A stretch of DNA of 64,000 nt from Paramecium tetraurelia (Eukaryota), in NCBI GenBank assembly GCA_000165425.1, contig CT867987.1:1-64000 (forward strand), read 5' to 3'. The number at the start of each line of letters is the position of its first letter. Position 1 is the stretch's first letter. The notes beneath the pieces were generated by a model. The model searched no databases, was not told the DNA's origin, and saw nothing but the letters and a program-made list of their open reading frames with translations. Positions 1 to 12,503 of this stretch are shown in pieces. The translations under genes were made by a program, and so were the position numbers.

Positions 1-1851
1 TCTAGCAATAGAAAAAAATCCAGAAGATTCACATTATTTTCATAATAAAGGTTTAAGAAAATATGGATGATATTTTAGCAGCGACATTACAGAAAATGAA
101 CAGATATGAAGAAGCTTTGGATAATTATAATTTAGCAATAGAAAAAAATCCAGAAGATTCAAAATATTTTAATAATAAAGGTTTAAGAAAATATGGATGA
201 TATTTTAGCTGTGACATTACAGAAAATGAATAGACATGAAGAAGCTTTTGATAATTATAATTTAGCAATAGAAAAAAATCCAGAAGATTCAGGGTATTAT
301 TGTCAGAAAGGTTCAATTAAAAATTGTTGATATTTTAGCTATTATTCTATATAAAATGAACAGATTTGAAGAAGCTTTAGAAAATTCTAATTTAGCAATA
401 GAAAAAAATCCAGAAGTTAATTTATATTTTTCTGTAAAAGGTTTAATTATATTTGGATGATATTTTAGCTTTTATTTTACTTGCAATGAACAGATTTGGA
501 GAATCTTTAGAAAGTTGTTTTTAAACAAATTTATAGGATCCAACAAGTTATTTTATAAAGGGTACAAATACAAAATGTATGATATTTTAGCTTATACTTT
601 ACATTTAATGAACAGATTTGAAGAAGCTTTGGATAATTATAATTTAGCAATAGAAAAAACTCCAGAAGATTCAATATATTATATTGGTAAAGGTTTAAGA
701 AAATATGGATTATATTTAGCTGCGACATTACAGAAAATGAACAGATATGAAGAAGCTTTGGATAATAATAATTTAGCAATAGAAAAAAATCCAGATGATT
801 CAAATTATTTTAATAATAAAGGTTTAAGAAAATATGGATGATATTTTAGCTGTGACATTACAAAAAATGAACAGATATGAAGAAGCTTTAGAAAATTATA
901 ATCTAGCAATAGAAAAAAATCCAGAAGATTCAAGATATTTTAATAATAAAGGTTTAAGAAAATATGGATGATATTTTAGCTGTGACATTACAAAAAATGA
1001 ACAGATATGAAGAAGCTTTAGAAAATTATAATTTAGCAATAGAAAAAAATCCAGATGATTCAAGTTATTTTAATAATAAAGGTTTAAGAAAATATGGATG
1101 ATATTTTAGCTGAGACATTACAAAAAATGAACAGATATGAAGAGGCTTTAAAAAATTTAATTTTAGCAATAAAAAAAAATCCAGAAGATTCAGATATTTT
1201 AGCTAATACTCTATGTAACTTGAACAGATTTGAAGAAGCTTTAGAAAATTATAATTTTGCAATATAAAAAAATCCAGAAGATTCAAGATATTTTAATAAT
1301 AAAGGTTTAAGTAAATATGGATGATATTTTAGCTGAGACTTTACAGAAAATGAACAGACAAGAAGAGGCTTTGGAAATTTAAAATTTAGCAATAGAAAAA
1401 AATCCAGAAGATTCAGGGTATTATTGTCATAAAGGTTCAATTAAAAATTGTTGATATTTTAGCTATTATTCTATATAAAATGAACAGATTTGAAGAAGCT
1501 TTAGAAAATTCTAATTTAGCAATAGAAAAAAATCCAGAAGTTAATTTATATTTTTCTGTAAAAGGTTTAATTATAATGGATGATATTTTAGCTTTTATTT
1601 TACTAAAAATGAACAGATTTGAAGAAGCTTTGGATAATTGTGATTTAGCATTATTCAGAAATCCAATAGATTTTGGATCTTGTTTTCTAAAAGGTACAAT
1701 TAAAATCGACGATATTTTTTAGATTTTACTCTAATAAAAATGAACAGATTTGGAGAATCTTTGGAAAATTAGAATTTAGCAATAAAACACAATCCAAAAA
1801 ATTTTGACTATTGTTATACCGAAGGTCTATTAATTTATTCATTATTTTTAG
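1..1851 (+). repeat. ~130-bp tandem repeat (102-nt exon + ~28-nt intron module)
   Basis: Intron gtttaagaaaatatggatgatattttag recurs at 51, 181, 822, 952 and 1082, with close variants at 693 and 1305; period is 130 nt. Confidence 0.95.
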
Positions 1852-1910
1852 AAATGATATTATTTGCAGTATTAAAGGCTTTAGAAATTCTAATCACCAC
1901 TTCTTTATGA
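1..1910 (+). CDS. Tandem TPR-repeat protein, 5' end outside window; about 14 TPR units, essentially one per exon
   Basis: Repeating 34-aa unit S-x-YF-x-NKA-x-TLQKMNRYEEALENYNLAIEKNPED. Exons 79-180, 209-310, 339-440, 591-692, 720-821, 850-951, 980-1081, 1333-1434, 1463-1564, 1592-1693 and 1723-1824 are each 102 nt (469-561 is 93 nt), separated by 27-29 nt phase-1 GT..AG introns. The spliced frame stays open in code 6 to TGA 1908-1910. Confidence 0.9.
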
Positions 1911-3299
1911 ATTATATTATCAATATGTAAATCATAAAACATTTGAGATCATGATTTTATAATTTTATTCATTTGACCTCACTTTTAGTTAACAACTAAT
2001 TTCTAATATGGGTAAAACATTAAATTATCTATCTAATTTTTATTCATTATTGGAAATCTTGTTTCTTATATTTAAAATTTCCTACAGATAATTATTTTCT
2101 TTAGTAAAAACAAAAGCATTTTATAAACATGAATTATTTAAATTAGAATGCCATCAAATCAATTTGACATTTCCTTCCACTCTTTTTTAAAAAAAATATG
2201 ATTCAAGAAATTAGACCATATCAAAATTTGTTACAAATCAAGATTATTTCTAAGATTTTTGATATGTGAATTGTTATTCAACAAACATTCTTAAATTAAA
2301 GAGAAAACATTAACATTATTTTAGGCTAAATTTACGCCTTTTCAATAGTTTATGTAATTAAAATAGTTACCCTCCAATTCTACAATTTCAGCTCTCTTTT
2401 CAGTTCTCGTATAATTAATCTTATAAATTATTTGGAATCTTATTAGCAAAGTGTTTAATTATCAAGCCAACTTAAAGTGTGGAGTTTTAGTAGAATTTCA
2501 AAATCGTTTGTTAATTCAAGCGTAACTTTTTAAATTACTAAATTACCTAATAAACATCCTTAAAATCAATTTTATATATTTTTAAAAGAGTTATTCTCAT
2601 GCAGAATTAAATGTTTTACATTAATTATATTAGAACCTAATTAAATGCAATCAAAAAAAAATTTTTTAGATATTTTAATGAGTTTTATAATTTATTTTAT
2701 TATAACTTAATCTATACATAATATAAACTAATAATTACAGTATACAAACCTAAAAATAATTCTATCGGTAGTAAATAAGGATGGAACATGAGTAATCGAA
2801 TCTATTTGTTTAATTTACAATCTATTCCTTACAATTGGTTTGATTTGTTGAAAAATTGTTTTCTCTAACTCTATGATACGTCAAAATATCTTCTCCAAAA
2901 ATAATAATTCTTTCTCAACCTTTTTTTAAAACTTCAATTCCAAATTAAATGGCTTAGCCAATAGCAACTTTTGATGGCTTCATTTTATTATTAATTTGAG
3001 ATACTTATTATTTTGGTTTTTCCAAAATTAAAATAATTAGATACCTAAGGGAAATGATTACATTTCTATTTTTGCATTTTTTGGTTTGAATTGAAAAATC
3101 AATTGATTATATCAATCACTTTCATTGGAAGAGTGCCATTCGCTATGGTGAAAATAATCATATTAATTTGGCAATATCTTAAGAGCTACGTTTATCTTCA
3201 AAATAGAAATTTTATATGAGGAATCAGAAGTAGGGTTGTCTAAGTAGTAGACAAAGACTATAAGGATTTGCCTAATTATCATTCTAGAACAACAAGCAC

Positions 3300-4500
3300 A
3301 TTATTCAGGCATATTAAATTTTAAGAATTTTTTAATAGCATATTTAAAGAATAATTGGAATCTATAAAAAATGAAAAAATTATATCCGCTTCAATTGATG
3401 TCACCTAATTTCTAGAATGCGAGAGTTGTAACATGTGAGCAGGTAAGTGGTTGTCATGAAATATTTGCAGAATAACTACAAATTTATTGAATAAATATTG
3501 AACTGCATGCTATTCTTGCATTACCTTCATCAGTTGTGTCCCCATAATAATAGCCTATATCCATAATTACCAATACAATAAGGCAGATAATGTATTGATT
3601 CGAAAGGAGAGTTTGAAGTAAAATTCATTCCAAAAAATTACTTGCATTTTTATTAAAGAATATCAAACCATTCACATATTTCTTGGCTTAAGCTTTATGC
3701 ATTAAAAGCACCAAAGCAATTTTATTAAATCAAAATATAGTTAAGGTGTTTAGGATCCAAAATTCAAATATATTGTATTTATCTTTATAAATTCAACATT
3801 TTAAAAACATTATATATTAATCAGTAAATTTTACCAAATTTTAAAGTATCACCTTAAAAATCTCATATACTTTATTATTTGAATCAAATTAATAACTACC
3901 TGCCTGATGGGAACACGATAGACTATGCTATAATCCCCTCTAGGATCAGATATCACTGTATTAGAATTTTGCAAGTGTAACTTAGTTCATGAAACACCCA
4001 TGAAAATTAATCTTCAATTGCTTCTATAATCCCAATTATAACCTCCCAAATAGAGGAATTAGTGTGGCTATCAGACACACTTGAAGAGTCGATATAAATA
4101 TAGAGATTATATGTTTATTTTCATAAACAAATGGGTGATTGAGATCAAATTAAAGTCAATGTAAAGTTGTTGAACAAGATTGATGAGTAATATTGAATCG
4201 TAGATATTCTAATTATCAAACTATTGCAGAAACTACCACAAATTTGGAGGTTATCATTATTTTCCATAGAATTAAATTATTGGATGATATGTTTACCTTT
4301 TGTAACTATAAACTCAACATTTCAATATCTATTTAGTGTTCCTCTCGACTATATCAAGTATTGATAATTGAATACAAATTTAAGGAGTATTTCCAAAATA
4401 ATGCTGGTTTTGTAGGATATAAACGCTTTATTTCCAGTTTCATATTATGGAATTCGAAAATTATAATCAGCATAAAAAGTGTAATTGGTTAGTTGCTTTT
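3300..4500 (-). pseudogene. Degenerate relic of a Cys-rich/furin-like surface protein (approximate limits)
   Basis: Minus-strand fragments such as ILDSREE, QICGS, NITHQS and GYYYGD resemble Paramecium Cys-rich membrane protein motifs but are broken by frameshifts and TGA codons. Confidence 0.3.
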
Positions 4501-5359
4501 GCAAGTATACTCCAGATAATTTGGAGAGAATATCAAAATACTAATTATAAGTCGAAAAAATTACTACACTATCATTATCATACTTGCAAATAATGATAAC
4601 TTTAATACTTTTAATATTCTATTTTTTGGGCAATTTTTATGCTTTTTAATTACTATTTGTGTAATATTGTTATGGGAAAGGATATTCAACATTTTTCAAT
4701 AGGAACAAGTAACATCAGTCAATAATTAAGAAGTTAATTGAATATGACCTTACCTTTATATTTCTTCTTTGGAGTGGCTGGGTAGGTATTACTTATTCAA
4801 TTGTTATAATTGAGAATGATATATAGATTCATCATACTCTTTATAAATTATCATTAATTTGTGTAATTATGGAAAGTGTAAAACTTAGATGATGCTTATT
4901 CTTAGTTTTAGTTTCGTTTCTAATCTATCCCGTTAGGAATAATATGCAAAAGAGATATATATTCTAATTCATTGAATTTGTATAGAGTTTTAATTTTAAT
5001 AAATGTATTAGATATAATATTAATTTCATCAACTTAATTTACTAATTATATTAGTTTAATTTTAAAATATATTTGACTTTAAATTATATAAACTGAAAGA
5101 TTCAATTTACATCCAAAATCATGAATGTAAACATATTCTTATGTTTAATAGTGATTAAAAGATTTAAGTGATCATTTTTTTAATTGCCTTGTATATTACA
5201 GTATTTATGATAGAACTGTGTAAATTAATTCAAAAATTTAATTATAATTAATAAATTTAGAATGTTCTTGATTTTTCATTTTGTACTTCTTTTGGAGTTT
5301 GAAATATCCAATTACAAATTTTTTTAGATTTTAAATAAATGTTAAAAAAAATAAATAAT

Positions 5360-7115
5360 CATATGAAATATTAGTTGTGGATATAAGTCATCATAAAAAC
5401 AAACGCATTTGGAATGCATTGTAACCATTACCCTTTGGATCAAGAAGCTTTTGTTCTAAAAACTAAAGGGATTTTAAGTCAAAAAACTAGGTTCATTCAA
5501 TTATTTTAAAAATGCATATGTGGAAACAAAGCGTACAAACTTAGGATGCGTTCCTAATTTGAATTAAGTGAAATGTTGAAAAACATAACCCCAGTGTTTG
5601 CAGAGTTATGCCGATGTACTGTTACTATGACGAAATAAATCATTAATGTTTATCTCCGAATTCAAATTTAAAGCAAAACTTGCACAACAAATTGTCTTAA
5701 TGAAGTTAGTTGTTGAAGTATAAAGAATTAAAAATTTATTTATAGAGTTAATTATTTGCAATGTTATTGCTTTCGATCATAATAATAATTGATAAATGAA
5801 CAATTATAAAAATATTTCATTATTATTGTACCAACAAATGATTATTTAGTATTTATTTTAGCAAAGAAGGTTGTTCTGAACTGGGAGATGATCAATTAAA
5901 TAATTTAGGTTGTAATGATTCAATAACTGAAGAAGCTTGTATAATCAAATAGTATAATTTACACTATGATTTAGATTGCCCTCTGCCTAAGGAAAATGGA
6001 TAGTATTATTAAGTAAATGGAAACGTTTGTTAAGCGATTTCAAAATAGAATTTAAGAGGTAAATATAACTTAACAACTAAACTCTGTGAAAGAAGTATTG
6101 GATAAGAGATCTGTACTTCTCCTTATCTGAATTTAACAGGATGTGTCTAAATCACACAAGCTACGTCTTGTCGTTGGAGGGAAGAAATTAACAAATGTGA
6201 AATAGTAGAAGTGATTGATTAAGTCACTAAATGCACAGAATTAAAATATTCAAATCCATCGGCATGCTCTTCGATTTCTGAGTTTGTAAATAACAAGGCT
6301 ATAGAATGTTATTTTAACAGCAATAAGCAATTATGGGAAATTATAATTAAGGAGAATTTAACTGAAATTGAATGTTTGCAACAGGGGTTAAACAAATATG
6401 GGTGTACTATGATTACAAAGGTTGGATAGAGATGTAGATGGTTTAGAGGTTAATGTACAAACATTAGAAGTAAAGAATAAATAGCTTAAATTTCATGTAT
6501 TGAACTCAAATATGTTAATCCAGGAACTTGTAGTCTTTGTAACTTTTAGCAAAAATGTTTGTAAATATAGTTTTGATTTTTATGGGTGTGTGAACAGTAT
6601 AAATTCTACTTACACGGGAGATTATTGTAATACTTTCGGCTTGAACTCGTTTGATTGGTCTTAGATTACAAGAAATACTGAAGGGTGTTATTTTGATAAA
6701 ATCAACAATGTTTGTGTATTAGTTCCCTAGAGAGAATCATCAGATCAAATTGTGTAGGCTACTTCAAATCTACTACTAAATACAACCAAATGTATGGCAA
6801 GTTCTCCAACACAAAATTTTTGTATTTCTATCGAAACTTTAGGGGAGTAATTTACTTGGAATTCTAGATCGAGTTAATGTTTATGCGAGCATTCTCACGA
6901 ATTATGTAATATTAAATTATTATTATTCAGCCTAATAAAGATCCATCAGTATTAACAAAAGAAGCGGACTCGCTAAGAGGGTACTTGTAAATGTGGTAAG
7001 GAAACAAATGGGTTAAATAAAGGAGCTTGTTTTAGCATTCCTAATGAGAATTGCAGATGGATTCCTGCTCAATCAAGATGTGCAGAGTATTTAAGTTTAT
7101 GTGATATTAAATGAT
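5360..7115 (+). pseudogene. Cys-rich repeat surface/membrane protein (GLNKxxC-type repeats), frameshifted
   Basis: Translations include QGLNKYGCTMITKVGQRCRWFRGQCT, NGLNKGACFSIPNENCRW and YSNPSACSSI. There is a frame change near 6535 (PGTCS.. to ..VTFSKNVCKY) and further breaks. Confidence 0.6.
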
Positions 7116-7851
7116 TCTCGATGAGATTTCGATATTTTTTAAAACTTAATAAGTTATTATTCAATTATATTAAAATATATACTAAGGGATTTTCGCTTTA
7201 TGTGCATATTAAGAGTTTCTGTTTCTAATTATTGTTAAGCTTCAACAAGCAAAAAATACTGGGAAGACTGATTTAGTTGAGAACCAAATCAAATTAACTA
7301 TTAATTGCATCAAATTTGGAGAGACCTTAAATAAAATAATCAAACAAGATCAATTGTCTAATTTATTTTGAAGTTCATGAAGAAACAGAAATGATGAATG
7401 AACTCCTCATAGATATGATGGAATTAGATAATCCAATCAATAGAAAATAATAACTTTGAGGCTAAGTTAGATCTGTACCAGATGAGTCCTTCTATAAAAC
7501 TTTAAAGATATTCAGATCACTTATTTCAATTTCAATAATTTAAATGTAAGCTAATAGTTAAGGGAATAAATCTCATAATTATAAATATTTAATATAGATT
7601 ATCTTTTCAAAAATCAAATATGGTATCCATCAACCACAAGAGATTTACAAAATCTTTAATTTAATTTCGAATTTCAATCTCTCTCAATTCATTTTGTAGG
7701 TGGTAATAATGATCTTCTTATCTTTTCACTTTTTTTTATAACTTCATTTGTACATAGTATTAATCACGAGTTTATTTTTATAGGCGTATACTATCTTATT
7801 TTTATCTATTTATTTAGATTTATAAATTTTAAGTCTGCTACCCTTACTTAT

Positions 7852-8529
7852 TCACTTCTTATTTTAATTATTCCTTTTAAGATGAAAGAATTGCAATTTG
7901 AGATTCCCTTTAAATTTTTTCCTTTTGATTTTTAATTCTCTTCTTATATTTCTTTTCAATTCAAAATTTGACAAATCTTCTAAATAACAATTTAATAATA
8001 AATTAAACTTATTAATATCTAAATTACTATTTTTAAATAATTAATCTATAAATTCTATTATTTACATTCCTCTATTAGGCAGAGTGCTTTCATTATTCTT
8101 TATAACATATATCACTTTAATAGGTAGTTAAGTGACTACCTTTTAAAATATTAATTCAATTAACAGTTGATCTAATTTACCATTTGTATCTTAAAAACCA
8201 GGGAAGTCAATTAATAAATGATTATATTCTGAATTAAAATAATAATTGGGCTCTTTTGAAACAGAATTCATTCCACCTTTCATCTCTGAAAATTTATTAG
8301 AAGGATTTCTTAATTTTAATACTCTCTCTTGAATTTTGAACTCTGCTCCGCAAAGGAAGTTGAATAAAGTGCTCTTTCCTGCTCCTGTTTATCCTACAAA
8401 TAAAACAATTTCTATATTCTTTTTTGTAGTATCACTAAAAGTAGATAAAAGTCCTTGACATTTATCTATTATTTTTATTATCTCTGTTTCAATCTAACGT
8501 TGAAGTTGATTGCTCAATTAGCTTTCCAT
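7852..8529 (-). CDS. P-loop GTPase (AIG1/IAN/MMR_HSR1-like G domain), possibly C-terminally truncated
   Basis: ATG 8529; IVLFVGQTGAGKSTLFN (G1) and LLIDFPGFQDT (G3); 226 codons to TGA at 7852 in code 6. Confidence 0.75.
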
Positions 8530-8785
8530 AAAAAAATATTATTTTTAATATTAATTGAAAATAAACTTCAGATTTGCTTAATAATCCCAATTTATAGAAT
8601 TAAAATTATGTATTAATTATAGAATTATATTCCTCAAACTCTTTGCTAGAATTTTAAATTGATTTTGTAAAATTCTATGCAGAAAAATAGGTCAGGGTGT
8701 GATTATCAGTCTAACTATATAATTATATTATAATATTGTAATTTAGTAGAATTTTGAATAATATATTAACAGAACAATATTTATC

Positions 8786-10900
8786 ATGTCAAAGTCATCA
8801 TTTTATTTTTAATAAGCAACGATTCGAATTTAATCCATAGTGACAGGTAAATACACTATTCTAGTACCTGAACACATTATTTCCATTTTAATTAATAAAC
8901 TATAAATTAAAAATTTTGGGAGAGAGATAATTATTGGTCGGAAGATCTAAGAAATAATTATTTAAGAGCTTCTATGTTTATGATTGGAATATTAAGATGA
9001 AATTGTTGTCTTCAAGGAAGAATTGCTTTATGAAGAATTATCAACTCATTGACTAAAAATGAGAAAAGAATTTGAAAATGATCATCTTCAATTTCTTACT
9101 GATTTTGTATCTCACAAAATGCTCTCCAGTTTTTCTTTGCCCTTTACGTAAAAATTTTGAATATTGCTTAATAATTATTATTCATCCTTCAGATTTTAAT
9201 GCATTCAAAATTCTTAAAATGAAATGAATGATAATAATTATTTTGCATTCATTTGATAAGGTGTTATTTAATTGGACAATAAAAAAGTTCGAAATCCCTT
9301 AATTAGCAGTTATCAAGGGCATTTAGAGTCTTTATATCTAGCCTTAATATTGGATCAGGATGATTACTTATTAATATCTCTGTTGATGTGTCTTACGCTT
9401 AAAATGAAGGACTTATTTATCAAATTTATTTTAATTGTATTCATTAGTAGTTATCTATTACCCATAGTCTATAATTACTTAAACACCGTTCTGTTTATAG
9501 AACCTGTTTAATAAATGTTAATGAGGAGGGAGTTATCGATAATAGCTAATTGAGTTGAACAATAAAAAATTTGTAATTACCACATTAAGGATCGGTAGTA
9601 TATGTAAATGTCCACCCTTCAGAAAAGTAATTTGATTTCTTATCTAAAGAATAATTAAATTGTTTCCATTCTTAACAGCTTTTCATATAATTATCTACTC
9701 ATGCTTCACATCCAGACTAACATTTAATGGTGCTTAATTAAAATGATGTTATTCCTCCAAAAGCTATACTATTGTGAGACCCTAAATATCCAAAATATTT
9801 AATATATCCACAATCCAAGAATCTTGCCTTACTTTACCAATCTAATGCATAGATATGATCAAAATTTACTATCTTTCTATTAAAAATTTATGTTAATGGA
9901 ATATACAATAGGTTCATTAGTAACATAGAGTAAAGTCATAATTATTAACATTATTGTTAATATTAAATACTTTTTTTTACAAGAAGTATCTAAAATATTA
10001 AATTTATACAAGATATTACATGAAAAAATAATATTGACAGTGGTCAAAGGCTCTGGTTAATAATCTTTTTAATCTTGGGGCAAAAGATTATATAATATTA
10101 GGATATTTTAAATTGAATCATTAATTCATCCTATTTCTAAGAAATATTTAAATCTAAAATGTAGTTGTTGTTCAATTATATAATAATTAATTTGAAAAAT
10201 TTCTAAAAAACTCCCATTTCTTTAGTTGAAATAAAATATTTTATAATAATAAATTTATCAATGCAATTTATATATTATCTGAAATCATGTACTTTTTATA
10301 TAAAAATTATTTGCTGTTCTGAATTTTAAATAAGTATTAGTAATGATAGTCTATTAAATAAATATTTTGAAACTAAAAACAATGGTGATTCATAAAAGTT
10401 TGTTGAATTAGAAAAATCCTAAACCCATTTAAGGCATACTACTGTCTCAGCCAAATTTATAATCTAAAGGTACAAGAATCATTTTAGAGGGTAAAATTTT
10501 AAGGATTTAATTTTTTATAACTTTTATCCATATTTCTCACTCAAAGTAGTCTAAAATCTTCATTTTCACTTCTAAATAAAAGCAGAATTGATAAATTAAT
10601 CACCTAATTTATTTAGAGATTTTGATATTCATGTTACTTAGAATAATCTCTTTTGTGAATTTGCAAATGTGTGTGAATTTTTAGACTAATATCTCAGAAT
10701 AATGTTCAATTTAATTTAATTTAAATTCACTCTTATTAAATTAAATAGATAAACAACGCAATAAGATAGGAAACTCTTTATTCATTAATCACAAATAAAC
10801 TTGTTTAATGATAAATATCAAAGATGTAGAAAAATTAGTATAAGAAATTTAAATAAGAATTTGATTATGGAAAATTTAGAGAAGTAAATCAAAAATTCTT
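8786..10900 (+). pseudogene. Highly degenerate coding relic, possibly a NACHT/STAND NTPase
   Basis: Long code-6 coding-like patches broken by frameshifts. IILTVVKGSGQQS near 10030-10070 resembles a decayed Walker A. The assignment is weak. Confidence 0.25.
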
Positions 10901-11379
10901 TTCTACAGTCAAAGAGAAATAACTATTGGTTTAATTAAAGTTAGATTGAGTTGAAAGGATGAAAGGATCTAAAATAGACGAAGAAAATATCCTTTAAAAA
11001 TCATTTCAATAGAAATGGCTTTCTAGATTTCTACTATTCTATTAAGGTGGTAGGTCTTTGATTCTTAATAATTGATTTGGCCAAACGTTTCTTCTTTGAA
11101 AATTTTAATTTTCATCTTCCCATTATCTTAGCTAAATCATAATTCAAATATTTATAATGTTTATTTAGAGTTAAAAGAGCCTTTAATTACCTTAATTGTT
11201 ATAATCATATTCTCTAGCTTCTTAATCTCTGATATTTAGGTAAGCACTTTACAATATAATCTAAAGGAATATCTTTGCTTCAACTTCAAAGAATAACTAA
11301 TAATTTATAATAAAAGTTAATTATTTTTTATTAATAAGAAATATAATCAAAAAATCTAACAATTTTTTTAACTTGATGT

Positions 11380-12503
11380 TTTGTTTTATTATTAAAACTC
11401 TTTATATTCCCGAATTTATATTTGTTTCGTTTTGCTGTCCCATGTAATCAAAAAGTCTCCTCCTTCGCTCATAGTGCCAAAGATATTCCCCAACCAATTA
11501 TTAGGATAATTGAAATCGATAGCTTACTCTAATTTACCCTCAAACAATTAAGAATTGGTTTTGAATTTGATAAAATTCAAATTATAACCATTTTTGGATA
11601 ATAAAATGTTCTTTGAAGAAACAAAGAAGCATGGAAATAAATTAGCACAGAATTATCTACATCATTAAATTGGTAATTCCTGATATTTATAATATAATCC
11701 ACTCTATGTTGAATATGTATAGAGTTCAAGTTTACTACCTTACCATGGTTAAAATACAAATATGTCCTTAGATATAAATGACAATCTAACACCCTATCCT
11801 TCCAATTTTTAAACAACCTTCCATTGATGATCATCCTAACATTTTATAATGTTGATAACATCATCCTCTCCACAAGAAATTAAAGTGTTGCCTTCTTAAT
11901 TTAAAGACAACCCACAAACTGTATTTGAATGCTCTCTAATTGTTTATTTACAAATCCACTGCGCTTCCTATTAATACCAAAATTTTATATTCTTGTCTTT
12001 AGAACCACTAATTATAACCAACGGGTTTAAATTACGAAGTACTAAACATTGAATATTTGAAATGTGCTCTGATAATTTCATTAGAAACTTTGGATTGGCT
12101 TACTAGTTTTAAGACCATATTTTAATGCAAGATGATCCAGATATAAATAATGGCATTTATCTGAAGAAATTAAGGGTAGTTATCCAGGATTCATGTTTTT
12201 AAATAATTTGAATCCTTTTTAATGCCCCACTTTTGAATTGCATAGTTATGATGTTGGATTCAGCTCCCGTTATTAAAAATTTTGTATGATAATCAAAGGC
12301 AATTGCCCAACACATTTTTTTTTGAATGTAAATTTGAGGAAGCAATTCATAAGTGAATTACGTTTCCTTTGATTATTCTTAAGATTATTATCTATCATTC
12401 TTATCCTTAAGCATGACAAAACAACTATTATTTTTTTAGATATTATATTAACATCAAACATTGAATAATTAGAAAATAAGTTAATTGGTTTAATAATGCT
12501 CAT
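11380..12503 (-). pseudogene. WD40-repeat protein with in-frame TGA and 5' frameshift
   Basis: WD blades HESWITTLNF..ISGS.CIKIW, HISNIQCL..SGSKDKNIKFW and HSNTVCGLSLNQEGNTLISCGED; C-terminal FGTMSEGGDFLITWD. Internal TGA at 11662-11664. Confidence 0.75.

Noticed and set aside
125..1440. Minus-strand ORFs 125-316, 531-803 and 1249-1440
   Set aside because: Antisense shadows of the TPR repeats.
1..1851. CRISPR-like array (28-nt conserved repeat with regular spacing)
   Set aside because: The 28-nt repeats are GT..AG introns and the 102-nt spacers are mutually homologous TPR exons; the context is eukaryotic with no cas genes.
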